The notes below the pieces were generated by a model that saw only the letters and a program-made list of their open reading frames with translations, made no database searches and was not told the DNA's origin. Position numbers and translations under genes: made by a program. From positions 102,176,001-102,240,000 of the forward strand of contig NC_083279.1 in assembly GCF_963506605.1 (NCBI RefSeq): 64,000 nt of DNA. The letters are read 5' to 3'. This DNA is from Zootoca vivipara. Its lineage: Eukaryota. Numbering within the stretch: the stretch's first letter is position 1; each line of letters starts with the position of its first letter. Below, piece by piece: positions 24,120 to 36,436 of the stretch.

Positions 24120-27100
24120 CTAGCCCAGCAGGGCAGACAGGAGCTCTGGGTAGTTTGGTGTCCCCCAGCCGGTGACAGGATCCCAGGAAGGAGCAGCGCA
24201 GAATCCTTGGCCTTGCACAGTTTCATCTAGACACGAGTAGTGGCAGCCCTTGGTCACCTGGAAGAGGAGAGAGGAAGAGCGTGTCATCAGGCAGAGCAGC
24301 CCCAGAAAAAGCCTCCCCCCTTTGCCCCATGCGGCAAACAAAAGGCTGCCCCCCCCCCACACACACACGGCTGGCCAAGCCAAGGACCAAGCTGCTTCAG
24401 CAGGATGCGGCCCCAGCCCCTTCCCACACTCACGTCATAGAGGGCGGTGCTGTTCCCCTTCTCCTGGAGCCGGTAGAGGGCAGGGTTGAGGAAGCCCAGG
24501 GGGGGCTGCCCTCGCTGGAGGCGCCAGTCATTGATCAGAGCTATGATGCCCCCCACCACAGGAGTCGAGGCCTGTCGGGGGAGGAGAGGCAGAGTGAGGT
24601 GCGGCACCCACAGGCGGCCCTGCCCAGGAGCAGGCACCAGGCGGGCAGCATCCTCACCGAAGTGCCCGAGACCCAGGGCATGGGGATGCGGTTGGTCACC
24701 ACCCAGTAGTTGTCAGAGAGAGCAGCCAGGTCCGGGTAGGCTCTGCCCGTCTTGTTGTAATAGCTGGAAGGTGGCAGCTTGGTGGTCGTGCTCAGGAACC
24801 GCTTCACAGCTGTTGTCTGTTGAGGGAAAGGCGGGAAGAGGAAGGAGGCAGAGCTGAGACGGGTCCTGGTTGAGGGATCCCAGGTCCCATCTGCCTGGAT
24901 CTTTCATTTCTGGTCTCGGGGGGGAGGGGGGGGGAGCTCCTGCGCTTCAAAATCCACCACTTCACCACAGTAAAAGCCATTTATGCAAATGTTCACAATT
25001 TACGGCAATGAGTTCCATAGTGATAGTGGATCCTGGAAAACCCCAAAGGGCCCAGGGGCTGCAGGCTGAAATCTGCCATGATGGGTCAGAGCCAGCAGGA
25101 AGCCCCAATGGCCCCTTGCAAGTAGAATGGGACTCACCTGGTACTTTGGCATCGGGAAGACGTTGCTGAAGCCTCCCCCGCTGATGGAGTCGGTGACCTC
25201 ATCACTGACCAGGAAGGGGTGCTGGAACGACGTCCCACCCACTGTGGTCACGTAGGGGCTGCGAGCACAGCAAGGCAAGGCGTCACAAAGGCACCGACAG
25301 ACCAGGGGGGTACCAGCCCCTCAGGATGACCAGGGAGATACAGGCAGTCCAAGGGTGGCAGAACGCAACAGCCCCCCCTCCCCCCCGAGAAGATTCTGCT
25401 TCCATCAAAGGGCAGGTAGCAGCGACCTCTGAAGCCCCCCAGGAGGAGGACTCCCCTGCCAACCCAGAGGCCTAACCCCACAGGCAGGGCTGGGCATTTT
25501 CAGTAAGGCTGCAGATTTCAGATCTAATATCTGCTGCAGAATTTCTGCATTGTGAAAAATATGCAAGTAGCTCACTGCCCTGGTTTCAGAGAAAGACTTG
25601 GAAAGGCAAGAGCCAGGCCTGCATAAAGCTGGGGGGGGGATGCAGAAGGGGCAGGCCTCTGTGGGTGGATCTGGGTCATGAGCCCCCTTCCCCAGCCCCA
25701 CCTTGACATGGGAAGAGCAGGGGTTTCTGCAAGCCCCTCACAGCGCCTTCCTCTCCTCTCACCTGGAGGCTGGGAAGCTGGGCCGGAAGGTGTGCTTCCC
25801 TCCGTGGACTGACCGACAACCTGCTCCAGAGTCACCTGCAGGGAAAGGGCAGCCAAGGACTTGGCCAGTTGGTCGCGGCACTTGCAAGCCACTTTCACTC
25901 TGTCCCCAAACATGCTGACCTCACCCCAACTCTGCCCCTTTCAGGCACACCATGGAAACTGCTTTATCGGCCCGGGCTTCTAATTGACAGCAACCTGAAT
26001 TTTATTGCCTTTGTGAAATGTTGCTGCTACACTATTTTATTGCCATTACTGTTTTATTCTATACCACTGATTCTATATTTGACGTTTTCAATTATACGCT
26101 TGGAAAACTGCCTTGCAATTGTTTTTGAAATTAACCACTGAGGTACAAATACTTCAGATTAATACATTTTATATTAAATGTACCAAAGCAGCCTACAACC
26201 TAACATTAAGGGACGTTTAAGCAATACTATGTATTAAAATAGGGACCCAGGTGGCGCTGTGGGTTAAACCACTGAGCCTAGGGCTTGCTGATCAGAAGGT
26301 CGGCGGTTCGAATCCCCGCAATGGGGTGAGCTCCCGTTGCTCAGTCCCAGCTCCTGCCAACCTAGCAGTTCGAAAGCACGTCACAATGCAAGTAGATAAA
26401 TAGGAACCGCTACAGCGGGAAGGTAAACGGCGTTTCCGTGTGCTGCTCTGGTTCTCCAGAAGCGGCTTTGTCATGCTGGCCACATGACCCGGAAGCTGTA
26501 CGCCGGCTCCCTCGGCCAATAATGCAAGATGAGCGCGCAACCCCAGAGTCGGTCACGACTGGACCTAATGGTCAGGGGTCCCTTTACCTTTACCTTATGT
26601 CTTGAAATAGGAAACTCTGAAAGCGCTCTAACACACAATATAAATCACAGCATAAAACCACAAGCTTGCCAAGGAGGGCAATAAAATGCCCCAAGTCAAC
26701 ATAAATCTTGCCCCTGCCTTCCTTCTACAATACAAGGCAGGCCTTAAGGGCCTGTTTGAAGTCAGTATCTGACCTGGATCTTGTGATCACCACCTGAGGG
26801 TGGCAACATGAGAAGGGCCTTTTCTGTAGTGACTCCTCGCTTGTGCGATCACGCTCTTTCCAGGGATGCTCGCCTGGCCCCTTCTTTGCACATCTTTAGG
26901 TGAAAGGCAAAAATGTTCCTCTTCTCCCAGTCCCAAAGGCCTTTTAAACTGTGAGTACTGTGGCTGGGGGGTCAGGGATGCTAGTGTTTTTGTTGGTTTC
27001 TATGGTCTGCATTTTTCTGCCTTTGTAGCGTGTGCTTTGTGTTTCGAGGGAGGGGAACCCAAGGGTTCAGGCTGCCTGCCCCCACCTACCTGAGGCAAAG

Positions 27101-30100
27101 AGGATGCTCATCCCTCGGGCAGCTGCCTTCATGAACTCCACGTTGACCCGCTCCATGTAGGCCCGGGACAGGCTGTCCTCATCGTCGCCATAGCTGACCG
27201 TGTGCACCCAGGGCAGGGCAGACATGTTGCTGAGCACAAGGAGCCACTGCAGGAAAGGCTCCTGGCTTTCATGCCTCCCTGGGGGAGAAGGAATATCAGC
27301 AGGGCCCATTGGGAGCCCACCTTGCACAGCAAACGGGGGAAAGTGGGTTGGGGGGGGGTAGCCTGCACTTCCACTGCAAGCCACGTCTCAACCCCACGAC
27401 TCACCCCCAGCCCCAGAGACACCCTTCTGCCTCAGCACCTTCCAATATAGCACTCAGCCCCGACTGGTCCCAGGATGAGGGTAGCGCAGAGAAAGCAGCC
27501 AGGCGGCCACATCACAGCCAGGAGTTCCTGCCCCACTCCACTTCCCAGAGAGGTTGGACCCCTTCCCCTTGGGGAGCTAAGGAAGACAGGGAGCCAAGCG
27601 GGCTGGTCAGTACCTCCGTTGCTGAAGACCCAGGTGGAGATGTTGGCCCCAGAGCTCATGATGTACTCCACGTCCAAGCTGGCTTCCACGCCGGCCTTGC
27701 CCCAGCCCTGGTGCCCCACCACCTGGTCCACACGCAAATGGTGAGGGAAACTCTTCCCAAAGAAGCCCATGAACTCAGCCAGGTCCGCTTGGTGGAAGTA
27801 CTGCTCCAGGAACTGGAGGGGAAAGAGAAGAGGCAGGCGTGGGGCACCCAGACCCATCACACCTCATTGCTAGCTGCACCCCTGGGGGCGGCTGGGCTGA
27901 GAGCAGCTGGCTCCAGGACACTGAAGGGGGGGGAGAACACCCCCTAGTTACCTGGGCACAGGCCTGGCTGTTGTTGGGGGAGCTGCCCACATCCTTGTCA
28001 GTCAGGTTGTACCGCTGCCGGATCACAGCCGGTGTCACCCCCAGGTGAAAGGTGGAGAGCAGCGCCTTTCCTGCAGTCCAGGCCCTACTCACTGCCTTCC
28101 TGTCGGCAGGGAAGCGATGGAGACCCCCCACTGAGAATTGGGAGGAGGAGGAGAATAAGCAGAGGCTGCAGTTATCCTTGGGGCAGAAGGAAGGGGGCAC
28201 CTAAAGCAGACTTGGCTCAGCCCAAGGCTCAAGGCTGACTGGGGGGGGGGCAGATCTGCTCAGTCAGGCCCGCCAGCCCTCCCTTCATCACCACCCACTT
28301 ATTCGCTGGGTGAAGAGCAGCTCAGATCCCCCACTCCTGTGGTGGGAAGATATTTGCCTATTTCCAGGGCTAGACACTCCCCCCCCCCACCGGATGTTCC
28401 CTGGGAGTCTGGGCTAATGCACACGGGGGGCAGAGGGTCCCATGCTGCCGCTCCCCATTTCCCCAAGGCTTCCGTACCAAAATCCACGTGCTCGGCCACC
28501 TCCTCCGCTAAGGTGTAGGCAAAGGGGGACCTCACGACGCTTCGCTCCCCGTTGACATAGCGCTGGAACTGTGCACCCGGGAGGAGCTGCTCTGCCACGC
28601 TGCATGGAGAAGCCTCGGGTCAGGGTCAGTTGCGGGGGGAGCTCAGGGTGCCTTCTGTGCCCTCCCCCTTGACCCAAGAGCCCCCACATCTCAACTCACC
28701 CGGCTGGCACCAGGCACTGCAAAAAGTCCTTGGTGCCCACGTCTGTGCAGTCCCAGATCCCATGAGCCTCCAGCCATTTGCGAACAGCATTCAGCGTTTG
28801 AGGGGAGGGGGCAACCAGGGCCTGCACCTCCGCTAGAGACAGGAACCGGCCTGCGAGACAAAGTGGAGTGGGGGGGGGAAGGAGACTTATGGTGGCCCAA
28901 CTACCTCAAAGGGTCACAGGGGTCTCCCTCCACCCCCACCCCCAACTGTCAGGGGAGCTGGGCAGCCAAGCAAGGGCACAGTCTTCCATCGCTGCTTGCC
29001 AACAATCTCCTTTCCCTTCCTTCCCCACAACAAACACTCTGTGAGGTGAATGGGGCTGAGAGACTTCAGAGAAGTGTGACTAGCCCAAGGTCACCCAGCA
29101 GCTGCATGTGGAGGAGTGGAGACGCGAACCCGGCTCCCCAGATTAGGAGTCTGCCACTCTTAACCACTACACCACACTGGAAGGGGGCTGAGAGCTCTGT
29201 TAGGGACTCCTAGACTAGCCAACTTCCGCCTCCCAGGAAAGAGAGTTCCCTGAGGAGACCAGAAAACCACCAAGATGGTCCTGTGATGTAAAGATGCCCT
29301 TGGAATTGGGAAGAGGAAATCTGCCTGCCTGCCTTCCTCCCACAAACCCTACGAGGTGCTCCTCCCAGGGAGCCACCAGAGCGCCAAAGATTGTGCAAGA
29401 GTAGCTGAGCAGGAAGTCATAGAATCCTAGAGTTGGAAGAGACCACAAGGGCCATCCAGTCCAACCCCCTGCCAAGCAGGAAACACCATCAAAGCATTCT
29501 TGACATATGGCTGTCAAGCCTCTGCTTAAAGACCTCCAAAGAAGGAGACTCCACCACACTCCTTGGTAGCAAATTCCACTGCCGAACAGCTCTTACTGTC
29601 AGGAAGTTCTTCCTAATGTTGAGGTGGAATCTTCTTTCTTGTAGTTTGAATCCATTGCTCCGTGTCCACTTCTCTGGAGCAGACAGGACCATGTCCTGCT
29701 TAGCTCAGTGGGACTCACTGCCTGGGAGACATTCTGAGAGCTGCATTGTGAGGGGCTGCCAGCCTTGGCCTCCAAAGTGCTGCAAGGGAGCCCAAGAACA
29801 GGATGTGCCTACCTTAGAGGACTGTTGCAAGGAGAACACTGTGCAGTCCTCTAAGGCCACGTGAAATGTGCCCCTGAGTCACAAGAAGGCTGGCTCTCTT
29901 GGCTGTACTGAGAGATCAGGGAAGCCCCAGCAAGAGGGGCAGAAGCAGGGGGGGCAGAGAGAGAAGGGGGGCATTACCATACTCTGAAGAGTCTGGAGAG
30001 GAGACTCGGTGCACCAGCTCCTCCAGGCGCCCCACATTCTGCTGCCGGAGGGCGAAGGTCAGGCTCAGCGCCTCCGAGGACGCCACTCGACCCAGACAGC

Positions 30101-30811
30101 TCCATCCCTCTGGGATCCTGGGAAAGAGACACGGCTGTCACAGGGGGAACCAAGCTGAGGAAAGAACAGTGCCCAAGCCTGGCAGCGCCAGCCAAATCCC
30201 GCTCTTTCCCCAGAAGAACTGGGAATTAACACCATGCGCCTATTTCACAGAAAAGGAGTCTCCTTCAGCAGACCGATGGGGATCCGGCAAGCTCAGCTGG
30301 CAAGGCCAAAGGGGCTTGCGTCCCCCAACCAAACCTACCCCCTAATAACAATAATAACATTATTATTGATACCCCACCCACCTGGGGGCGGGTCCTTCCT
30401 GCCACGCGGCCCCCAACTTGACTCCGCGGTCGGCCCCCCGCCCCCTCCGCTTCGCAAGTCGATCTCCCTGGGTCGAGTCCCGGCTCAAGCGCCCGTCGCT
30501 CGCCGCGATCGTCCTCCTGCCCCAACGGCGCCCTCCGCCCCAGGCCCGGCCGGGGTCCCCGCTAGCAAAGGAGCCCGCCGCGACGAGAGGCGGCCCGGCC
30601 CCGCCACCGCCTCCTCCCCGTCGCCCGGCCCTGCTGCGGCCGCTTACTGGAAAAGCTGGTCCGGCTCCGGAGCCCACCCGAAGGCGGCGGCGGCGGCGGT
30701 CTCCAAGCGGAGCAAGGCGGGCAGCTGGAGCAGCGCCAGCAGGAGACACCTGCACGGGAGAAACGGGAGGGGGGGTCAGGCAGCGGAACGGGAAGCTTCT
30801 GCCCCCCCATC

Positions 30812-30842
<31 letters not shown>

Positions 30843-30868
30843 TGGTACCGGCGGTCTAGGAGCCCCAT
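24120..30868 (-). CDS. TPP1: Tripeptidyl-peptidase 1 (sedolisin S53 family, CLN2); 13 exons, 576 aa
   Basis: Exons 30868-30849, 30749-30648, 30117-29978, 28850-28700, 28599-28478, 28130-27952, 27812-27614, 27278-27090, 25835-25763, 25258-25138, 24816-24658, 24571-24434 and 24257-24120 (1731 nt). Signal peptide, HLGVTP mature start, catalytic motifs [13 protein letters not shown] and GTSAS, and [16 protein letters not shown] on the - strand near 23012-23021. Confidence 0.96.
26242..26596 (+). mobile_element. Full-length Sauria SINE in a TPP1 intron
   Basis: tRNA-like head (GTGGCGCTGTGGGTTAA, GGTTCGAATCC) and (ACCTTT)n tail. Flanked by a near-perfect TSD of about 14 bp, TATGTATTAAAATA / TATGTCTTGAAATA. 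Confidence 0.9.
29010..29181 (-). mobile_element. tRNA-derived MIR/CORE-like squamate SINE
   Basis: The minus strand reads CCAGTGTGGTGTAGTGGTTAAGAG (A box)...GGGTTCGCGTCTCC (B box)...GCTGGGTGACCTTGGGCTAGTCAC (CORE-like). Confidence 0.65.
29418..29682 (-). mobile_element. CR1 LINE 3' fragment
   Basis: Encodes a typical CR1 ORF2 C-terminus ([51 protein letters not shown]) followed by the GGTTGGACTGGATG...CTTCCAACTCTAGGATTCTATG tail. Confidence 0.9.
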
Positions 30869-30904
30869 CGCAGCGCAGCCTCTCGCTCTTGGCAGGATCC
30901 GAGA

Positions 30905-31040
30905 TCTGAGTCACGTGAGAAGCTGCCCGTCACATGATTGCGGGGAGAGACATCCATATCACGTGACTCGCCCGCTGGGTTGCTTTGAGCTGCCTACACT
31001 TTGTGCGTGCTCAGAGGCTACACTGGCCGCCGGAAGCGAC
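30905..31040. promoter_or_regulatory. TPP1 promoter with clustered CLEAR/M-box elements (TFEB/TFE3/MITF)
   Basis: GTCACGTGAG 30910-30919, GTCACATGAT 30929-30938 and ATCACGTGAC 30958-30967, all within 100 bp upstream of the TPP1 ATG. ETS-like CCGGAAG near 31030. Confidence 0.8.
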
Positions 31041-32039
31041 GCCGGGGCGGGCGAGAGGGGGTGGAAGGAAAGGACAGGGCTCATTAAAAAGAAAGGAAAG
31101 CGCGTTTTTATTCAGCCCTGATGGTGGGGTCGCGAAATGTTGGGCGAAATGTTAGGAAATCCTTTCCGGGAAATCTGCGAATCGGGAAAGGAATAAATCC
31201 AGCAGCCCTTTCTAAAGCATTCGCCAGGTGAGAGTAATCCACGTAAGGCAGAACTCGGGCGCCTTTTCTCTCCCGGGGGCTGCGCTGGAAGCGGCAACGC
31301 TCGCCCTGGGGATCCTGATGGGGAGGAAGGCAACGGGACACCACCTTTCCCGCCACAATTGCACCACACGTGGGCAAGGGTTTATTTGGGCAACCTCCAG
31401 GCCCACAGCAAAGGCCCGCGAGATGCCCACTTGCGGTTTGAGGGCTATTGCATGACTAACTTTGCTTTTAAGAAAGGAAAAGCATTTTAGCAGGCATTGG
31501 AAGTGTGTGGGGATCAGAAAGGGAGATGAAATGGTGCCCATGCACGAGCATGTCAGAGTGCTGCCAGGCACACTTGCCCATCGTTCACATCACCAGCACA
31601 TCTCTTGGGAAAGAGAGGAGCCCTCGCCTCAGCTGCAGTCCCCGGCCGCAGAGAGTGGTCTGCTGCTTTGCCTTCCAAAACTACCTAGTAAGAAGCATCG
31701 CCTGCTGCGGAGAAAACACAGGCCCATGGGGAAAATCCCATGTTCTGTGGAAGGGGGACTGGCATTGGTTGGCACTGGCATCCGTTTCAAGGGTGGAGCC
31801 CAGATCCAGACTAGGTTAGAACCACAGCCTCAAAGGATGAACACTCCCCACAGGAGCCCTCCTGCTTCACACCCATCTCTCAAGTTAGGTTGGTGGGAGG
31901 GACCTGCAGAGGAAGACCAAAGGCCCATCTAGTGCAGCTCCCTGTTGTCTCTGTGGCCAGCCAGACGTCTCTGAGGAACCCGCAAGGGGGACTTGTGCTG
32001 TTCGCAGCAAGTGGTGTTCGTGTTAGAATGTAGCGTTGT

Positions 32040-32372
32040 GGGACATGGGTGGCCCTGTGGTCTAAACTACTGAGCCTCTTGGGCTTGCTGATCAAAAGGT
32101 TGGCGGTTCAAATCCGTGCAACAGAGTGTGTTCCTGTTGCTCTGTCCCAGCTTCTGCCAACCTAGCAGTTTTAAAGCATACCAGTGGGAGGAAATAAATA
32201 GGTAACGCTGCGACGGGAAGGTAAATGGTGCTCTGGCACTCGCCATGGTCCTCCATGCTCCAGTAGCGGTTTAATAATGCCGGCCACATGACCCAGAAAG
32301 TGCTGCACCCCTTAGTCGAATTTGACTGGACTTAACCACCGTCCAGCGCTCCTTTACTTTTACCTTTACCTA
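32040..32372 (+). mobile_element. Sauria SINE (diverged copy)
   Basis: Same head, body and CCTTTACC tail as the copy at 26242-26596. Confidence 0.85.
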
Positions 32373-33407
32373 TAATGCATGGGCTCCTTGCATTCAAGCT
32401 GGAGGGCCAGGAAAAGGACTGATCACTGCTCAAGATGCCAGAGATCTTCTGCCAGTCAGACAGCCCTGGGCTGCAAGGGCCAGCAATCTGATCCGGCCAA
32501 AAGCAGGACTCACCTGCACCCCACACCCCAGAACACCCTCCTTAGTCACAGGCTACTGCTAGACACATTGCAGTTCTCTGAGCACTGAAAAGCAGGGGCC
32601 GGGACTCCCCGCCCCCCAGGTGCAACTGCATGGTTTGGAGTTTCCATCCCATGTGAAAGAGGCACACCTTCTTCCCCCTGGCCTCTGACGCCCGAGGTGC
32701 ATGTCATCAGGACCCACCTTCTTCCTGTGACTAATTTGTTTTGAAATGCTTTTACGGTTGCTTACTAAATTGTCACAACCTGTGACCTGATGGTGAAATA
32801 AGAACAACTCCTCCAAGGACACATCCTGCATCCCAGCTGCTTCCTTCCGAAGGAAGTCCTGGGAGGCTTTTGACGTTGATGAAACACAAAAGGAGCCTGG
32901 CTGCAGGATCAGAGGAAAAGCCTGTCCGGTCAAGCATCCTCTTCTCAGATGTTCCCAGGGGAAGCCTGCAAGCAGGACATGAGCATAAAAGCCAGTCTTC
33001 CTACTCCATTTGGAGATGGGGAGCCTGTGGGCCTCCCAAGGTCACAGAGGCTGGTCATAAGTGGAAGGGTCACAGTATTCACAGTCCAGGAGATCTTGCT
33101 TCCCTGCGGAGCTTCCAGGGTGAACCCTGGAGGATTCTTGCAGAGAGAAATGCAGCCTTCCATGGGTCCCGTTCTCAACACAGTCTACATGCTACAGCTT
33201 CTTTGCAAGCAGCTTGATGCAACGGCGTAGCCAGGATCAAAACTAGGGGGGGGCAAGCCATGATCATTCAGGGGCGGGGCCACAAAGTGGGAACGTGGGC
33301 GGGGCTACAGGGCCAGCTGGCCTGACGACATAGTGGTGGCGGCAGCGGCGGCAGCGGCCACCTTGTGCTTCTGGGGCTGGCAACGGCGGCGGCTACCCTG
33401 CTTGGCT

Positions 33408-34355
33408 GGAGAGGACGGGAGGGTCGGGCAGGCAAGAGGGGGTGACAGGGTGGGCGAGGGCAAGGCAAGGCACGGCCGCAGTCACGACGGCTCCGAGGCG
33501 TTGATGGGCTTTCTATGTGGGGCTTATCTGCCCCCCCTATTTTATTAAGAATGGAAGAGGGAGGGAAGGAAGGAAGGAAGAAATAGAGAGAGGGATAACT
33601 CATATTTGTGGGTGCCTCTGGGTGACGCTGTGATGCTGGAACTCTGCAGCAAGAGGACGGGAGGGTCGGGCAGGCGAGAGGGGGTGGCAGGGCGGGTGAG
33701 GGCGTGGGAAGGCACAGCACAGTCACGACAGCTCTGAGGCGTTGCTGCATATCAGCATAATATTTCAACCATGTTTTGGGTTCAAGCCCCACCTTGGGGG
33801 GAAAATCCTGCATTGCAGGGGGTTGGACTAGATGACCCTTGTGGTCCCTTCCGACTACAATTCTATGATTCCATTGATATATTACCATAGCATATGCATC
33901 ATTCTGCTTTCTTGAATTGTCCTACTCCTAGGCATAGCAGCCAAATCCTAGAGGCCTAGGTGCCTCCCCCCCCCAATTACTGGTAAATACCGTATTTGAA
34001 AGAGTCACCCCCCCCCATTTTGATGGGCTTTCTATGTGGGGCTTATCTGCCCCCCCCAGTATTTTATTAAGGATGGAAGAGGGAGGGAAGGAAGGAATAA
34101 TAGAGAGAGGGATACCTCATATTTGTGGGTGCCTCTGGTGATGCTGTGAAGCTGGAACTCTGCAGCAAGAGGATGGGAGGGTCGGGCAGGGGAGAGGGGG
34201 TGGCAGGGCAGGCGAGGGCAAGGCAAGACAGGGCCGCAGTCTCGATGGCTCCGAGGCGTTGCTGCATATCAGCATAATATTTCAACCATGTTGTGGGTTG
34301 AAGCCCCACATTGGGGAAAAATTCCTGCATTGCAGGGGGTTGGACTAGATGACCC
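33408..34355. repeat. Imperfect tandem duplication (units up to about 0.5 kb, containing a CR1 tail), continued after the ERV at 44720-45012
   Basis: The block GATGGGCTTTCTATGTGGGGCTTATCTGCCCCC...CTCTGCAGCAAGAGGA recurs near 33503, 34022 and 44861. ATTACCATAGCATATGCAT... occurs at 33881 and 44720. Confidence 0.85.
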
Positions 34356-36329
34356 AGGGAAAAGACTGGTATTTGGTGAATAGGCTCTCAGTGGGAACAG
34401 TTGAGGGGGATTTTTCTCGGGAAGGCAGTGGAGTAGGGCACAACAAGGATTAGCACAATGTAAGGCACAGCAACACATAGACACACACAAAACACTAATA
34501 ACTAATATTGAAATAATCACCTTAAGTATAGACCTTACCCATCCTAAGTTGGGGAGCCAGCCCCATAGGTCAAAGTCTGAGAGTCCCTCATGTTGAATCG
34601 CTTCAAGTTGTCCTGCCAGTTTGTGGATGTTGTTTAGGTGTCCGGTTATGTTTAGGGTTTGGTCTGTCACGAACGTGCAGCATTCAGAGCCAATCAGAGC
34701 ACAGGTCCCACCCTCACTGGACAACAAGAAGTCCGTTGCAATTCTGTTCTGAATCGAGAGTTGGCGTACCTGTGACAGTTCTGTGGTGAGGGAGTCCGTG
34801 ATTTGTTCTGCTTCCTGCATGAATTTCAGAAGTACATCAGTAAGTTTAAGGATGTCCACATGGTTGGAGCCCGCTCCATATGCAGGGAATAATGCCCTGC
34901 CCCATGTTTCACCGTTGGCTGCCACATCGGAGAGATCTGAGAGGGATTTCTGCCCTCTCCTGTTCCTTTGCCTTCCAGCTGGTAAGTTGTAAGTGACTCG
35001 GATTCCAGGCACGATGTATCCGATGAAACAGGAACCAGACATGTGGGGGCTCACCCAGCTGTATGCGCGATGCCCACATACCCAGAATAACCCTGAGAGG
35101 TAGGATTCCATCCTTCCGGAAGCGAAGGGCCGCAGGAGCAAGGGGTTCGGGTTGTATGTAGAGTTTTTAGAAGGGCGGCCAATCACCGCGACCCATGCCA
35201 TTGAAAGATTGGGGTAAATGTGGGAACCTAGATGTGAGGAGATTGTCACCTGTCCAGAAGCATGGAGTTCGAGGTTGGTGGTGCAGGTGCTGGTACCTAT
35301 GTGGGCCCCGCCACCGGCGAAAAGTCGGCAGAGGGGGCCCTTAGTTGGACCCGTGAGGTACAGGTACTGATGAGTCAGGTTCATAGCGGTAAGATTCCAG
35401 GATGTCATGTCCCCGGAGCGGAATTGTTCTAGGGTGACAGGCACTGGTACCAGGGGTAGCCCTTGCCGCATGTGGCTTGGAGCATGGGCGCAAATCCAAC
35501 AGTCTTGTGGAGGGGCCTCCTTAGCTACCTGGCTAAGGAGTTGGAGGTAAGAGTTCTTGCCCCAGGAGGAGAGCAGATCAGGCTCCTCAAGAGTGGAGTA
35601 TCCACCGAGCTGTCTAGGAGCCGTTCCGATAGGATGGAGGGGGTCAGAGGTGCTTAGGAGGGTCGTATTCTTGGCGATTCCCCCACATCGCTGCGGTCCA
35701 TCGTGGTCCCACACTGGGGAATTGTTTGAAGATCCTACAGGGTGGTACCAGCCTTCAAGGTATTCCCCTCCTTTCCAACCCTGTGTGTAGCCCAAGTTCC
35801 ATAGACAACAGAAACGCCTTAAACAAACTCCCTGTAGCTGTGGTTTCTCCGGCTTCGGGGTCAAGAGGAGGCATTGGAACCCAAATATCAACCTTTCTGA
35901 TGGATGGTGGTTGTCTGTGTAAACGGGTTGGGCACCTCCCTTTTCCATCTCGGTCCAATTAGGGTAGCGGAGGATGTCCCTTTGCCCGTAGAGGAAGTAT
36001 GATCCATTGGTACAGTGAAGTCGGTAGTACTGCTGTTCCAAGGTGAGATTTGCAGATCCAATGCGCTGGTAGTTCCGGTCCCGTATGAAAAGTTCCCAGT
36101 ATTGGGTCCCACTGAGCCTTGGGACCAAGGAGTGACGAAGGAGGGTTCGGGATTCCGGGAGGCAAAAGTTGAAGTCGCCCACTCGGTCCGGGTTCTGGTT
36201 GCCCCCAAGGTCTGCGGTATGGTAGTCAAGAAAGCGATAGTCCGTCTGCAGACCGGAGCACTGGTCTGATAAAGGCATGGTAGGTGGGGCAAAGAGGAGG
36301 AGGATGAATAAGTGAAGGGTAGGTTCCAT
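34269..36329 (-). CDS. env: ERV Env (gamma-type, 686 aa from MEPTLHL); last 28 aa come from flanking host repeat
   Basis: Signal peptide MEPTLHLFILLLFAPP, CWIC (CxxC) motif, furin site RNRR, ISD-like IQNRIATDFLLSSEGGTC, CX6CC (CALIGSECC), transmembrane segment ILKVIISILVISVLCVSMCC. Confidence 0.93.
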   Translation of the reverse strand: MEPTLHLFILLLFAPPTMPLSDQCSGLQTDYRFLDYHTADLGGNQNPDRVGDFNFCLPESRTLLRHSLVPRLSGTQYWELFIRDRNYQRIGSANLTLEQQYYRLHCTNGSYFLYGQRDILRYPNWTEMEKGGAQPVYTDNHHPSERLIFGFQCLLLTPKPEKPQLQGVCLRRFCCLWNLGYTQGWKGGEYLEGWYHPVGSSNNSPVWDHDGPQRCGGIAKNTTLLSTSDPLHPIGTAPRQLGGYSTLEEPDLLSSWGKNSYLQLLSQVAKEAPPQDCWICAHAPSHMRQGLPLVPVPVTLEQFRSGDMTSWNLTAMNLTHQYLYLTGPTKGPLCRLFAGGGAHIGTSTCTTNLELHASGQVTISSHLGSHIYPNLSMAWVAVIGRPSKNSTYNPNPLLLRPFASGRMESYLSGLFWVCGHRAYSWVSPHMSGSCFIGYIVPGIRVTYNLPAGRQRNRRGQKSLSDLSDVAANGETWGRALFPAYGAGSNHVDILKLTDVLLKFMQEAEQITDSLTTELSQVRQLSIQNRIATDFLLSSEGGTCALIGSECCTFVTDQTLNITGHLNNIHKLAGQLEAIQHEGLSDFDLWGWLPNLGWVRSILKVIISILVISVLCVSMCCCALHCANPCCALLHCLPEKNPPQLFPLRAYSPNTSLFPGSSSPTPCNAGIFPQCGASTHNMVEILC

Positions 36330-36436
36330 GTCCAGTTCACGAGTGTTTGGCCTGCGTAGGGGTTGTTTAACAGAAGGAAAAATAAGTGGTTGTTGGGTGC
36401 CAGAGACGGGAGTTGTCAGACTAGTCCGAGGAGAAC

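Noticed and set aside
26242-26330. tRNA-like A/B boxes (also near 29100-29180 and 32040-32120)
   Set aside because: These are SINE heads with SINE bodies attached, not complete tRNA genes.
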